Shown here piece by piece: positions 1 to 9,954 of a stretch of DNA of 56,045 nt. This stretch comes from a bacterium (GTDB taxonomy: Bacteria; Patescibacteriota; Doudnabacteria; UBA920). A program made the position numbers and the translations under genes. The notes beneath the pieces are model-generated. The model saw only the letters and a list, made by a program, of their open reading frames with translations, made no database searches and was not told where the DNA came from. The DNA lies in contig JAJYWK010000006.1 of the NCBI GenBank assembly GCA_021791515.1, positions 1-56,045 on the forward strand. Reading direction: 5' to 3'. The first letter of the stretch is position 1, and each line of letters starts with the position of its first letter.

Positions 1-170
1 GTTTAGGGTAAGGGCTGGTTTTAGGCATAAATCCTTAATTTCTCCTTTACCCTTAGTGAACACCGTTACCCATAGGTTGTCCAATTCGTAACCCATAGGT
101 GTTAACTCTCCATCCTCTTGTAAGACAGAACTGTTTCGGCTATAATTGTTAGGCAAATTTAATATATTGA

Positions 171-257
171 GCCCAGGTGGCGGAACTGGTATACGCATCA
201 CCTTGAGGTGGTGACGCTCGCAAGGGCATGGAGGTTCAAATCCTCTCCTGGGCACCA
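171..257 (+). tRNA. tRNA-Leu(GAG), type II, CCA encoded
   Basis: Hand-folded cloverleaf: acceptor gcccagg/cctgggc, anticodon arm tcacc-ttGAGgt-ggtga, long variable arm, T loop ttcaaat, terminal acca. Confidence 0.85.
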
Positions 258-286
258 CTTCTTCGCTCCTTTTTAGGAGCTACGAA

Positions 287-865
287 GTGCAAGCAAAATT
301 TATGCTAAACATTCCTGTAATTTTAGGCTCGGTGAGGGAAGGTAGGCTGAGCGATGGGCCGGCAAAATTAATAGTTGAAAAAATAAAAGCAGCTGGCTAT
401 GAAAGCCAGCTTGTTGATTTTAAAGTATTGCCTTTGCCTTTTTTTGATTCGCCTTTAGTGCCCGTGGCTTTAAAGGGCAAATACCCGCATGAGAATGTTC
501 AAAAGTGGAGCCAGATTGCCCGCGCGGCTGACGCTTTGGTGCTGATTGCTTCGGAATACAACCATGGCTATACCGCGGTTTTAAAAAACGCGTTGGATTG
601 GCTGTATTTGGAGTTTGAAAAAAAGCCGTTCGGTTTGGTGGGGGTATCTGACGGCAGGATGGGAGGCATAAGAGCTACTGAACAGTTGCGTCCGGTCATT
701 GAAAATTTTGGGGCAGTGGCGATTCGCGAAACTATATTATTCAGCGAGGCTGATAAAATTTTAGACGCGCAGTGTAATTTATTGGACGCTTCGTATGATG
801 GCAAAATAAATAGATTTATAAAATCTCTGGTTTGGTGGGCAGAGACACTGAAAGCAAAAAGATAA
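287..865 (+). CDS. NADPH-dependent FMN reductase family oxidoreductase
   Basis: 192-aa ORF with a flavodoxin-like pattern (IPVILGSVREGR..., SEYNHGYTAVLKNALDWLY, GLVGVSDGRMGG). An aggag motif lies 7 nt upstream of the GTG start. Confidence 0.7.
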   Translation: MQAKFMLNIPVILGSVREGRLSDGPAKLIVEKIKAAGYESQLVDFKVLPLPFFDSPLVPVALKGKYPHENVQKWSQIARAADALVLIASEYNHGYTAVLKNALDWLYLEFEKKPFGLVGVSDGRMGGIRATEQLRPVIENFGAVAIRETILFSEADKILDAQCNLLDASYDGKINRFIKSLVWWAETLKAKR

Positions 866-926
866 ATAGAAATGGGGCAAGCGGCGCAGGTCCTCCTAGG
901 GCTGCGCCGCTTGGGTTTGATGGTTG

Positions 927-1040
927 TCATTTGGTCTGTCCTGTTTTGCGTCGCCCGGAGGCGCGCCAAATCAGATAACCCAATGCTACTGGCGCCAGCC
1001 AGCAGCTAAAAATGACGAGAGCTTCCCGCGGTTCCATCAT
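927..1040 (-). CDS. small hydrophobic peptide (37 aa), hypothetical
   Basis: Own translation MMEPREALVIFSCWLAPVALGYLIWRASGRRKTGQTK. A strong aggagg lies 6-7 nt upstream and a GC-rich hairpin (about 875-915) lies downstream. It is below the ORF-track cutoff. Confidence 0.35.
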   Translation of the reverse strand: MMEPREALVIFSCWLAPVALGYLIWRASGRRKTGQTK

Positions 1041-1163
1041 GGGGAAGTCCTCCTTTCTAATCAAAAGCTACACCAAAGTACAAAATAAAACAAGCCCTGG
1101 GTTTATCCAAGAGCTTTCGTAGTTTAGTAGTTTATAGATTTTTAGTATTTAGTAGAAGAGTCG

Positions 1164-2114
1164 TTAGACGACCCGCCACTTTCCCATTTTATCTTTTACC
1201 AGTTTTCCGGCCACGGAAAAGCCAGCGGCCAGCTTGTGTCCCCCGCCGCCAAAAATGTGCGCGATTTTGGCAACATCCACATTTTTAAAAATATCGCTTC
1301 TTAAACTCCCTTTTATAATTTCGCCGTCCTGTTTTAAAAACATGGCGAATTTGGCTTCGGGCACTGTGTTTAAAGTTTCCACAAACCCTTCAAACGCGGC
1401 CAAAGGCAGGCTCTGAAATTCGCTTAAATCTTCCGCGGTCATGATTGAATAAATAATTTTATTCTTGGCGTCGTAAAAGGAATTTTTTATGGCCTTGCCC
1501 CAGGCTTTTAGCACGCCGGGGGTTTTTCTTTTTAAGGCATGGTTCATAATTTTGCCGGGGATGGCGCCTTTGCGCATAAGCTGGGCCGCCGCTTCCAAGG
1601 TGGAAGCTTTGGTGTTGGCGTGCATAAAGCCGCCGGTGTCCGTAATAATTCCGGTGAGTAAGCAAGTGGCAATGTCTTTGTCTATTTGCCAGCCGCAGTA
1701 ATTAAAAAAATCGTAAACCAGTTCAGCTACCGAAGATTTTTTGGAATCTACAATATTAACGTGGCCAAAATTCTGATTATCCGGATGATGATCAAAATTC
1801 AGAATCAAGCATTTAGCATTAAGAATTTGGGGGAAGCCGACTCTAACAAGTTCCGAACAGCCAAAAGTAATAAGCAAATCGTAATTTCCTTCTACCCAGT
1901 CGTCTTTGATTTTTTTAGCCCCGGGCAGAAAGCTTAAAGCTGGAGGCACTCCTTGTTTTATTGCGTAAACAACATGCTTTCCTTCGTTTTCCAGATGGCC
2001 GCCCAAAGCCAAAAGCGCTCCGCCATCGTCGCCATCCATGCGCTCGTGCATGGTGAGGAGAATGTTGGCAGATTGATCTATTAAGTTTTTCGCGGATTCA
2101 AAATGTTGTTGCAT
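1164..2114 (-). CDS. nrnA: DHH-family phosphoesterase, NrnA-like oligoribonuclease/pAp phosphatase
   Basis: Motifs DGDDGGALLAL, DHHPDN, GGGHKLAAGF (DHH/DHHA1). It sits next to rbfA and infB, as in many bacteria. Confidence 0.8.
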   Translation of the reverse strand: MQQHFESAKNLIDQSANILLTMHERMDGDDGGALLALGGHLENEGKHVVYAIKQGVPPALSFLPGAKKIKDDWVEGNYDLLITFGCSELVRVGFPQILNAKCLILNFDHHPDNQNFGHVNIVDSKKSSVAELVYDFFNYCGWQIDKDIATCLLTGIITDTGGFMHANTKASTLEAAAQLMRKGAIPGKIMNHALKRKTPGVLKAWGKAIKNSFYDAKNKIIYSIMTAEDLSEFQSLPLAAFEGFVETLNTVPEAKFAMFLKQDGEIIKGSLRSDIFKNVDVAKIAHIFGGGGHKLAAGFSVAGKLVKDKMGKWRVV

Positions 2115-2222
2115 TTGTTTATTATCCGGAACAACGAAAATTTAAGCGAATCTACGGAAAGCTACGGAACTTTATTTCCATTTCCGCAGTTTTCCGCAGA
2201 TCCGGATTGTTCCATTTCCGGA

Positions 2223-2621
2223 TTACTTTTCTTTATGCACTTCCCTAATCAATTCGTCTATATGTTCTACGTATCTTGGGGCGGTGTCCAAGTAAAAGCT
2301 GATTTTGGGGATAATTTTAGTATGGAAGTTTTTGTTCATTTCTCCCTGAATGTGGTAAATATTTTTACTTAAGTAACTCAGTATGGCTTTATCTAAAACA
2401 GCTGGGTCTTGTTCCGCGTTCTTTTTTGTCGGCGTGCTCTTGGGGTAAAACACAGAAATCCAAACCTTGGCCCATTTCATATCGCGGCTGGTTTCAACGC
2501 GGGAAATTGTTACAATACCGTTTTGCCAGTCTAAAGCCTCATGTAAAATCGGCCCCAAAGAATGTTCAATTAGGGAATTAACTTTGGCTATGCGGTTGGT
2601 GTCTTTTTTTATAGGTTGCAT
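2223..2621 (-). CDS. rbfA: ribosome-binding factor A
   Basis: RIAKVNSLIEHSLGPIL...ITISRVETSRDMKWAKVWISV is typical of RbfA. It lies in the infB neighbourhood. Confidence 0.8.
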   Translation of the reverse strand: MQPIKKDTNRIAKVNSLIEHSLGPILHEALDWQNGIVTISRVETSRDMKWAKVWISVFYPKSTPTKKNAEQDPAVLDKAILSYLSKNIYHIQGEMNKNFHTKIIPKISFYLDTAPRYVEHIDELIREVHKEK

Positions 2622-2754
2622 AAACTACAAAATTACGAATTATACGAATCTACCAATGACTACAAATAATATTTTTTCCATCCCGGACTCAATCCCAAGA
2701 TTCAGTCAGCGATTAGCCAATTATTGTAATGTATTTTGAGAGTTTAAGCAAGAG

Positions 2755-3486
2755 CTATATCGTGCTCCAAAAATAATTAAGCATAATATTCATTGTTTCA
2801 AAAATATCCGCACTTTCTATTACTAACCCTAGAGAGTCGTCGCCTTCTTGCGTAATAAAAGCTACTTTGCCGTTATATGCAAACATTTCATTTTTAAATG
2901 GAAAATTTTGTGCGGGTATTAGTTTGGTCTGGCGGAGCGCAAATTTATCTTTTGATTTCAAATCCTGGTAAAAAGGAATATCAGGAGCAATTACTCTAAC
3001 GTGGTTGCCTCTTTTTATTCTTCTGTCCACATATTCTCCGCCCCAGTAGCCCATTATTTTTTCGTCCGGCAATTTTGTGGATAGCACTTCTATATAATCG
3101 GCGCGTTTGGATAGCATATCTTCATAGATTTCTTTTATGCCCTCAATGCCTTTGTATATTCTGACTGACGGCTTCTTCCCGGCGTGGCTTTGAATGGACA
3201 ACAATTGCCCCATAATATTATGTAAAATATTTTCTTTTTGTCTTATCAGCGGGAAAATATTCTGTGGGTCTTCCGCAATATAGATTTTACGTTTGCCTTT
3301 TAAAATGGTTTTTATTAGCCCTTTTTCTTTTAGGCCGTCTATAAGTTCATAAACCGTAGCCCTTTTTAAGTGGGAACCGTTAACCAGCTCCTGCATGGTC
3401 GCGGGGCCGGTTTGGAGCCCGGCCAAATATAAAGCTGACTCTTTTTCACTTAATCCGATTTTTTGAAGGTTTTGTTCTAAATTCAT
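2755..3486 (-). CDS. TrmB-like HTH transcriptional regulator (paralog 1 of 5)
   Basis: The N-terminal winged HTH LGLSEKESALYLAGLQTGPATMQELV...RATVYELIDGLKEKGLI is shared with ORFs 5938-6672, 8276-9040, 31833-32627 and 38447-39190. Confidence 0.7.
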   Translation of the reverse strand: MNLEQNLQKIGLSEKESALYLAGLQTGPATMQELVNGSHLKRATVYELIDGLKEKGLIKTILKGKRKIYIAEDPQNIFPLIRQKENILHNIMGQLLSIQSHAGKKPSVRIYKGIEGIKEIYEDMLSKRADYIEVLSTKLPDEKIMGYWGGEYVDRRIKRGNHVRVIAPDIPFYQDLKSKDKFALRQTKLIPAQNFPFKNEMFAYNGKVAFITQEGDDSLGLVIESADIFETMNIMLNYFWSTI

Positions 3487-3635
3487 AAAATATCGGTAAA
3501 ACTGACGATATTTTTATAATAATATATGCTTATTTTAAAGGCAATTTTTAATATTGTCAATCAAATATATCAAGATTATTGATATATTTTTCCGTTTAGC
3601 TATAATAGCAAGTCAACTCAAAGGAGGGTTGGTTT

Positions 3636-3851
3636 GTGGCTCAAGAGCTAAAGTATAAAGATCTTCAGGAAATCGCTGCGGTCAGTCCGGAGATAACCGG
3701 ACAGCTTTTGGAACTCCAGGAACTTGCGGAAGAGTTGGGGGGCGATCCGGAAGAGTGGATTGCTTTTGCGCTGACAGTAAGTGCAATAGGGCGAGCTTAC
3801 GAACCCAAGCAAGAACAGTCGTGGCTTAACAGGCCATGGATTGTATCGTAA
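3636..3851 (+). CDS. hypothetical small acidic protein
   Basis: 71-aa ORF with a GTG start 8 nt after aaggaggg. It is divergent from TrmB paralog 1, followed by a terminator hairpin, and locally GC-richer by eye. Confidence 0.45.
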   Translation: MAQELKYKDLQEIAAVSPEITGQLLELQELAEELGGDPEEWIAFALTVSAIGRAYEPKQEQSWLNRPWIVS

Positions 3852-3866
3852 TCCACGATTAGTTAA

Positions 3867-3900
3867 GGGCGCGCTTTGCAAAAGTCGCGCCCAGTTTTTT
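3867..3900 (+). terminator. intrinsic terminator
   Basis: Hairpin gggcgcgc-tttgcaaaagt-cgcgccc followed by agtttttt. A second hairpin, cccccaaaattttggggg at 3915-3932, could serve infB on the opposite strand. Confidence 0.6.
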
Positions 3901-3974
3901 GTATAAATTTAAAACCCCCAAAATTTTGGGGGTTAAATTCGTGTCATTCGGGTGAATTCGTGTATTAGTGTCGC

Positions 3975-5903
3975 TTATAAAGTCTTTTGTTTAATCTTCT
4001 CTTCAAAACTCTCCAGTACGTCGCCGACCAAAATTTTCACGTTGGTTTTTAATTTAATGCCGAATTCTTCGCCGGTATTTACGTTCTTGCTGGCCACTTT
4101 GCTTTGTTGAAGTTCCAAAATATCCCCGCGGCCGAGTTCCGCTCCAGCGCGCCAAACCGAAATGTGGCTGTTTCTTTTTAGCTCCCCTTCTTCCACTTTA
4201 CCGCCCACTATCATTTCGCCTTTTTCCGTACGGAAAATGGCCAGGACTTTGGCTTTGCCCAACGAAATTTTTTCCGTTTCCGGAGTGAACATCTTAATTA
4301 CCGCGGAAGTAATGTCTTCCAGTAATTCATAAATAACATCGTAAGAATCAATTACCACTTTTTTTTGCTTGGCCAAATTAACGGCTTTGGGATTAATTTT
4401 TGCCCTAAAGCCAATAACCGAAGCTTTGGAGTTTGAAGCCATTAAAACATCGGATTCGTTTATTTCTCCCACGCCTTCGCTTAAAATGTTAATTCTAACT
4501 TCATCATTTTTTAATTTAGCAATGCTCTGCTTAATGGCTTCCAAAGAGCCGGCCACGTCTGCCTTTAAAATTAAATTCAATGTTTTATTTTCCAAGTCGC
4601 CCATAATTGCCTGTTTGCTCACCAAACGATGGCTTTGATTTTTACGCTGGCTTACAAGAGCAATGTCTTTGGCCATATCTAAAGTTTCTACCACCTGCAA
4701 AATGTCGCCGGCTTGGGGCACTTCGGAAAATCCCGATATCTGCGCCGGCGTGGAAGGCATAGCTTCTTTTAATTTGCGCCCGGTTTCATCTTCCAAAGAG
4801 CGGATGCGGCCAAAAGCCGCGCCAGCCGCAATAATATCGCCCGGCCTAAGCGTGCCGTTTTGTATTACCACTGTGGCCGTGGCGCCTTTGCCCTGGGTCA
4901 TTTTGCTTTCAATAATTGTGCCAATTGTCTGGCCTTGGGGGTTGGCGCGCAGGTTTTCCATTTCCGCGGTAAGCAGAATCATTTCTAACAAATTATCTAT
5001 TCCTTTGTTTTGTTTGGCGGAAATTTCGCAGGCAATGATTTTACCTCCCCACTCTTCAGTTAAAACTCCTTGGCCGGCCAGTTCCTGTTTAACTTTAATT
5101 ACGTTGGCCTCGGGCTTATCTACCTTGTTTATGGCCACAATCATTGGCGTGCTGGTGAATTTGGCACGGTTGATTACTTCCAGGGTCTGCGGCCTTACGC
5201 CGTCGTCCGCGGCCACCACCAAAACAATAATGTCCGTAACATTGGCTCCCCGCGCGCGCATTTCACTAAAGGCTTCGTGGCCAGGGGTGTCCAAAAATGT
5301 GATGGTTTTGCCGTTCTTTTTTACCGTGTAAGCGCCAATATGCTGGGTGATGCCACCGCTTTCGCCTTCGGCAACTTTGGTTTTGCGAATGGTATCAAGC
5401 AGAGTGGTTTTACCATGGTCAACATGGCCCATAATTGTCACAATCGGCGGACGGAGTTTTAAGTTTTCCTCTTTTTCCGCGCTCAAAACTTCCTGCAGGA
5501 AACCCAGGCCAAATTCTTTTTGACTCTGGTCGGCTTCGGTGGAAACATCAAAGTTTAAATCCTGCGCTACAATACTAGCAGTGTCAAAATCCACCTCTTC
5601 GTTAATAGTGGCCATTACGCCGTTTTGTATTAAGCTCTTAATGACATCGGTTACAGGCAGGCCGAGCAGGGCCGCAAAGTCGCGCACTTTTATAAACGAG
5701 GGCAGTTTAACTTTCTTTTTTTCTACCGGTTCGGCCGGCTTGGCCGCAACGGGTTTTACAGTCAATGCTTCGGTAATTTTTTTGGCCAGGAAGTTGTCGA
5801 TTTTATTCGCCCTGGGCGAAATAAAAAAACCTTTCTCGCGGGCGCGGGAGCGGAGTTCCTGGACGGACATATTCAGTTCGGACGAGAGGGAAGAAAGATT
5901 CAT
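3975..5903 (-). CDS. infB: translation initiation factor IF-2
   Basis: 642-aa ORF with GTPase motifs [17 protein letters not shown] and NKVD, plus the IF-2 C-terminal domains. Confidence 0.95.
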   Translation of the reverse strand: MNLSSLSSELNMSVQELRSRAREKGFFISPRANKIDNFLAKKITEALTVKPVAAKPAEPVEKKKVKLPSFIKVRDFAALLGLPVTDVIKSLIQNGVMATINEEVDFDTASIVAQDLNFDVSTEADQSQKEFGLGFLQEVLSAEKEENLKLRPPIVTIMGHVDHGKTTLLDTIRKTKVAEGESGGITQHIGAYTVKKNGKTITFLDTPGHEAFSEMRARGANVTDIIVLVVAADDGVRPQTLEVINRAKFTSTPMIVAINKVDKPEANVIKVKQELAGQGVLTEEWGGKIIACEISAKQNKGIDNLLEMILLTAEMENLRANPQGQTIGTIIESKMTQGKGATATVVIQNGTLRPGDIIAAGAAFGRIRSLEDETGRKLKEAMPSTPAQISGFSEVPQAGDILQVVETLDMAKDIALVSQRKNQSHRLVSKQAIMGDLENKTLNLILKADVAGSLEAIKQSIAKLKNDEVRINILSEGVGEINESDVLMASNSKASVIGFRAKINPKAVNLAKQKKVVIDSYDVIYELLEDITSAVIKMFTPETEKISLGKAKVLAIFRTEKGEMIVGGKVEEGELKRNSHISVWRAGAELGRGDILELQQSKVASKNVNTGEEFGIKLKTNVKILVGDVLESFEEKIKQKTL

Positions 5904-5937
5904 AACTGGTTAACTATACTATAAAAAACTAATAAAA

Positions 5938-6672
5938 TCAAGCCTTTTCCCAAATCAAATTAAACAAAGAACGCATGGTAGTAGTGATTTCTTTAGAACG
6001 AATAATTACTCCAATGGGTTCGCTGTCTTTGCGATAGAGCGCGAACGATAAATTGTCGCCGTAAATGTAACAATCTAAGGGTATAGGATATAAATTTTCG
6101 TCCAGTAATTTTACTTCGCGTAAGGCATAAGTGTCAGTGGTAAGTTTTATTCGGTTAGACCTGGCTTGCCCGGAAACTAAAATTTTTATAGGGATTTTTC
6201 TTTTGATTCTTTGCGGAATGTAGTAGTTGGAGGAGTGAAATTCAATTTCCGGATGGATTTGTTTTAAACTGACAAACTCCAAAATTGGTTTTTGTTCCTT
6301 TAGGTTGTCGAAATAAAGTTTTTTTATGCCTTCCATGCCTTCATAAAAAATAATTTTTGGTTTATTAGAAGCGGTGGTTAATAGTAAGCGCAATTCCGGA
6401 ATTATGGTTTCCAATTGGTCTATCTCTGATTGCTTTTTATTTAAAAGATTTTCCGGATCTTCGGCAATCAAATATCTTCTTTTGCCCAATATAGTCTCGG
6501 CAATTAAGCCTTGCTTAAGTAGGTTTGGTAAAAGTTTGTACAGCACAGAGCGGTTAACTTTAGCTTTTTCCGCCAAGTGTTTGGGTAAAGATTTTCCTAA
6601 TTCTAAACCAGCTAAATAAATAGCCGACTCCGCTTGGGAAAGCCCTAAATTTTCCAGTAATTCTTGAATCAT
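5938..6672 (-). CDS. TrmB-like HTH transcriptional regulator (paralog 2)
   Basis: LGLSQAESAIYLAGLELGKSL...RSVLYKLLPNLLKQGLI. Length and C-terminal pattern match the other paralogs. Confidence 0.7.
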   Translation of the reverse strand: MIQELLENLGLSQAESAIYLAGLELGKSLPKHLAEKAKVNRSVLYKLLPNLLKQGLIAETILGKRRYLIAEDPENLLNKKQSEIDQLETIIPELRLLLTTASNKPKIIFYEGMEGIKKLYFDNLKEQKPILEFVSLKQIHPEIEFHSSNYYIPQRIKRKIPIKILVSGQARSNRIKLTTDTYALREVKLLDENLYPIPLDCYIYGDNLSFALYRKDSEPIGVIIRSKEITTTMRSLFNLIWEKA

Positions 6673-6787
6673 TACAAAGTGTTGTTATTTATGACACTTT
6701 AACTATAACATTATTTACCTTTGTTTGTAAATAGATTATGCTATTTGGTCATCGAAAGATGATAATTCACAACACTTCGGAGGCAAG

Positions 6788-7489
6788 ATGCCATTTCTAG
6801 ATTTTGGAGCAATGTACGAACCGGTCAGACAGTATACGGCCGGGGATATAAGCTGGGCTTTGCGGGAGGCTGTTGAACATATCGAGGGAAGGATCCTGTA
6901 TATCCTTCCGGCTCGCAACGAAGCGGCGGCACAGTTTCAAAATGTTCGCCAGACACCATGGTGGGATCTCACACCCTTTGAGTGGGTTGACAAGCTCTGC
7001 TGGGGCGGCCGTTACAATAGGCTTGATCCGTTGTTGCGTTATCTGCAGGCTTTGCTTACTGAATGCCAAACGGCGCAATCCGGCGGGGCAAAGTTGCGGG
7101 GAAAAGCCTTTCGTCACCTCGCTCGGTATTACAATCATTTGGCTAGGGAGCGCAGTGTTGGTTTGTTATTGAGTCTTCCAGATGTGATGATTTGGGAAGA
7201 TTACAATCGAGCCAAAGCCCTGGCGAAGCTGTGTAAGACGGACGACGACGGGCGGGATTTAAACATTGTCGCTTCTCAGCCGTTAAAGTTTCGTGTCTGG
7301 GACCACCCTAAGCCAGCACGATGGTGGAATATTGCTGCCTGGATGCGTCGCTATCCCGGCGTAACCTTGTATGTGTGTTTCGTTTTTGCGGCTTGGGGTT
7401 TGTTCGGGCCACCATGGCGCATGCTGCCACTTATTATACAGGGACTTTTGATGGCATGGGCTTATCGGGAGATGGCAAAGAATTTCTAG
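6788..7489 (+). CDS. hypothetical protein with C-terminal hydrophobic segments (GC-rich cassette 1)
   Basis: 233-aa ORF with ggagg 6 nt upstream of the ATG. All three frames are open here, consistent with locally high GC. It is divergent from TrmB paralog 2. Confidence 0.5.
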   Translation: MPFLDFGAMYEPVRQYTAGDISWALREAVEHIEGRILYILPARNEAAAQFQNVRQTPWWDLTPFEWVDKLCWGGRYNRLDPLLRYLQALLTECQTAQSGGAKLRGKAFRHLARYYNHLARERSVGLLLSLPDVMIWEDYNRAKALAKLCKTDDDGRDLNIVASQPLKFRVWDHPKPARWWNIAAWMRRYPGVTLYVCFVFAAWGLFGPPWRMLPLIIQGLLMAWAYREMAKNF

Positions 7490-7567
7490 GTCAGATTGAG
7501 GAGATAAAGCAAAAATCGGCTCGTACGAGGCGCGAGAAGGTGGGTGCCAAAAAGCCACGCACTCAAA

Positions 7568-7617
7568 AACCGGTAAGTGTTCGGCGGCAAGGAGGCGCCA
7601 AAGACATCTTACCGGTT
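7568..7617 (+). repeat. conserved 50-nt hairpin, copy A (terminator-like)
   Basis: aaccggtaag-tgttcggcggcaaggaggcgccaaagacat-cttaccggtt followed by ttgttttta. It is identical to 9955-10004 except for one base. Confidence 0.8.
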
Positions 7618-7668
7618 TTGTTTTTATAGATCTTTCAGCCGTGGTGTAATTCTAGGAACGGCTTCAGG

Positions 7669-7706
7669 ATGACGGCAAAATATTAAGCATTATATTTTGC
7701 CGTCAT
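7669..7706. terminator. 15-bp perfect inverted repeat, probable bidirectional terminator
   Basis: atgacggcaaaatat-taagcatt-atattttgccgtcat followed by ttttt. It overlaps the brnA stop codon. Confidence 0.55.
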
Positions 7707-7975
7707 TTTTTCCAAACCCCTTCGGCAATATACTGCTTCATTAGGCTTTGGTAGGGCACATCAAGCTTATTGGCTTTAATTTTTACCTGATTGATAATAC
7801 CCACGGGCAAGCGTAGCGAAATCGGTCTGGTGGTAAGCTTTAAATTTGGAAATATGCCGCGTTTGGCTTTTGACCAATCAATGTAATCAGTGGAGTCATG
7901 GGTATCCCAAAATTTCCTGACCTCATCTTCAGTTTTTAGCTCGGGAAGTTTTTTAAAGCGTTTTTTCATATGCAT
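7703..7975 (-). CDS. brnA: BrnA-family antitoxin
   Basis: 90 aa; ...FWDTHDSTDYIDWSKAKRGIFPNLKLTTRPISLRLP...DVPYQSLMKQYIAEG is typical of BrnA-type antitoxins. It overlaps the upstream toxin ORF. Confidence 0.7.
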   Translation of the reverse strand: MHMKKRFKKLPELKTEDEVRKFWDTHDSTDYIDWSKAKRGIFPNLKLTTRPISLRLPVGIINQVKIKANKLDVPYQSLMKQYIAEGVWKK

Positions 7976-8252
7976 TCCTTTCTTTCCGGCTTGCCGGCCT
8001 GGAAGAAATAATTCTAATTTTATTGTCGCGAAGAGTGTAGCAAGAAAATATTAATTTGCCGTTATTGCTTTTGCCTAAAATATTGAATCTTTGTTCAATG
8101 CCGCTATGTTTGATATCAGCCCAAATAAGGTTTAAATTTATAAATACTTCTTCAGCTTCATCGTTGGTGACGCCATGCTTACGAAGGTTTTTGTTTTGAT
8201 TCCCGCTATCCCATTCAAATTGGAGTGGTTGTGGGAGTTCCAAATTTTGCAT
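7953..8252 (-). CDS. brnT: BrnT-family (DUF497) ribonuclease toxin
   Basis: FEWDSGNQNKNLRKHGVTNDEAEEVF...RIISSRPASRKERNAYEK. I trimmed the start to the ATG at 8252 to avoid overlap with the TrmB paralog 3 gene. Confidence 0.7.
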   Translation of the reverse strand: MQNLELPQPLQFEWDSGNQNKNLRKHGVTNDEAEEVFINLNLIWADIKHSGIEQRFNILGKSNNGKLIFSCYTLRDNKIRIISSRPASRKERNAYEKTL

Positions 8253-8275
8253 ATTTATATTGTATATGCGACGCG

Positions 8276-9040
8276 CTACTTTGTCAAGGTTGCTGACAAG
8301 CCCCAAATGGTGTCAAAAATTTTTCTTTCGCTTTCGGCAATGTCCGCGCTTTCAATTATCACCGTAACTAATTCCTTTTTGGAACTGTAAATAGCCACTT
8401 TATTGCCGTAAATCAGTTTGGAAGTATTGTAGATAAAATTTTCCGGCAAATATTTTACTTCGCGCAGGAGTTCGGAGTGGTTGGCCTTTAAAAAAGATTC
8501 GGGCATTTGGGATTTAAAATACAAGGCCTGAAAGCGAATATGGTTTTTTAAGCGAGTGGGGATGTAAAAATTTAAGTCCCATTCTTCGCTAACTACATTA
8601 TGGATTTCGCTGATGGAACCAATGTGTCTGACGGTCGCATTTGGCGTTTTAAGCGAATCTTCCGATGCGACAAAGTATCCTTCCTTGCCTTCGTAGTAAG
8701 TGATTTGCGGGCGACTGTCTTTTTTTTGCGTAAGGCTGTTTAACTGCGGTAAAATGGATTTTAAATCTTCCAGTTCTTTTTGGGTCTTGTTAATTAAAAT
8801 ATCGGGCGAAGTGGCCACGAACTTATGCCGGCCGCGCATTTTAAAACTGCCCATAAGACCCTTTTTTTCTAAAGCCTGGAAAATTACGTAAGCCGAAGTC
8901 CTTTTTATTTGGGCCTCGCGGGAAAGCTCACTCATGCCCGCTTCCCCGAGTTTTAAGCTGGCCAAATACAAAGCTGCTTCCGCGTCTTCCAGGCCATAAG
9001 TTTTTAAGGTTTGTTTAATGTCTTGCATAGCGCGAAGCAC
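8276..9040 (-). CDS. TrmB-like HTH transcriptional regulator (paralog 3)
   Basis: YGLEDAEAALYLASLKLGEAGMSELS...RTSAYVIFQALEKKGLM, with the same architecture as the other paralogs. Confidence 0.7.
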   Translation of the reverse strand: MLRAMQDIKQTLKTYGLEDAEAALYLASLKLGEAGMSELSREAQIKRTSAYVIFQALEKKGLMGSFKMRGRHKFVATSPDILINKTQKELEDLKSILPQLNSLTQKKDSRPQITYYEGKEGYFVASEDSLKTPNATVRHIGSISEIHNVVSEEWDLNFYIPTRLKNHIRFQALYFKSQMPESFLKANHSELLREVKYLPENFIYNTSKLIYGNKVAIYSSKKELVTVIIESADIAESERKIFDTIWGLSATLTK

Positions 9041-9302
9041 ATTATTATTCTCCCCAAGACTTGGGGAGATGTCCGCCGAAGGCGGACAGAGAGGTTGAAT
9101 AAGAGATTAATATTTTCTGACGTTTTTTACGTCAACATTCTAGCATAGCTAATAAAATATAGCAAATGTTGATGATTCTAATATAGAATTACGCCATAAT
9201 TATTGACGTTATGTCAATTTTAATATATTGTTATTGGTTAAAACAAAAACACCCGGCGGGGCATGAATACGCAAAGATCGTTTTTACCCTGAAGGAGGGG
9301 TT

Positions 9303-9713
9303 ATGACAAGACTAGCTTGGTTCGTTGGGTTGGTGGCTATGCTGATTAGCATTGTGGTGCTTAAACCACGTGAAGAGATTGTGGCGCTCATGAGTTCATG
9401 GGCAATCATCAATGGATTGGTGGTTGCGGCTCGTTGTCTCTTTTCTCCCAGAAAGTGGCAGGCGCGGTTAAAATTTTACGGACTTGCTATGGCAAATATG
9501 GTGGTGATCGCTATGTGGTTCGGATGGGGAATGTATATCTCCGAACGTTTACCACCTGCTTTCCCTTGGGAGAGTCTGCCAATACTACTAAAGGCCATCG
9601 TTTGTATTGTTGGGACTGGTGTAGTATTGTTCTTCATTTTTTCTTTCCTGGCTTTGGGAGCCATGCATTGCTGTCTGCTTGGGGAGAGCTGGGAGTCTTC
9701 CGACCATTTGTGA
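9303..9713 (+). CDS. hypothetical multi-pass membrane protein (GC-rich cassette 2)
   Basis: 136-aa hydrophobic ORF with gaaggagggg 3 nt before the ATG. It is divergent from TrmB paralog 3. Confidence 0.55.
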   Translation: MTRLAWFVGLVAMLISIVVLKPREEIVALMSSWAIINGLVVAARCLFSPRKWQARLKFYGLAMANMVVIAMWFGWGMYISERLPPAFPWESLPILLKAIVCIVGTGVVLFFIFSFLALGAMHCCLLGESWESSDHL

Positions 9714-9725
9714 TGTGGATATACC

Positions 9726-9935
9726 ATGACAAACCTTTTGTTGATGAATGGCCTATACGCCGTGTTGATCGTAATAGTTGCGGTGCTGTCCGCCATCGCC
9801 AAGTGCCGGGAAGGACTTCGTGGTAGAAATTTGGTCAAGGCGATTGTTCGCGATTGCTTGGTTCCGCTCTCGGCATTGGCCGGCGGGCTCATTGCGCTCA
9901 TCGGCACGGCTATCGTCTTCGCACTGCGGCGCTAA
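9726..9935 (+). CDS. hypothetical small membrane protein
   Basis: 69-aa ORF with two hydrophobic segments, starting 13 nt after the previous stop. Confidence 0.45.
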   Translation: MTNLLLMNGLYAVLIVIVAVLSAIAKCREGLRGRNLVKAIVRDCLVPLSALAGGLIALIGTAIVFALRR

Positions 9936-9954
9936 ACAGCGCCGCGCAACCAAG

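Noticed and set aside
4369-5913. Antisense or alternative-frame ORFs inside large conserved genes. Examples are 4663-5331 and 5070-5462 in infB, 33242-34585 in ftsK, 36396-37307 in recA, 52616-53308 in ftsH and 568-969.
   Set aside because: They are shadow ORFs opposite or overlapping strongly supported genes, and their low-complexity translations have no motifs.
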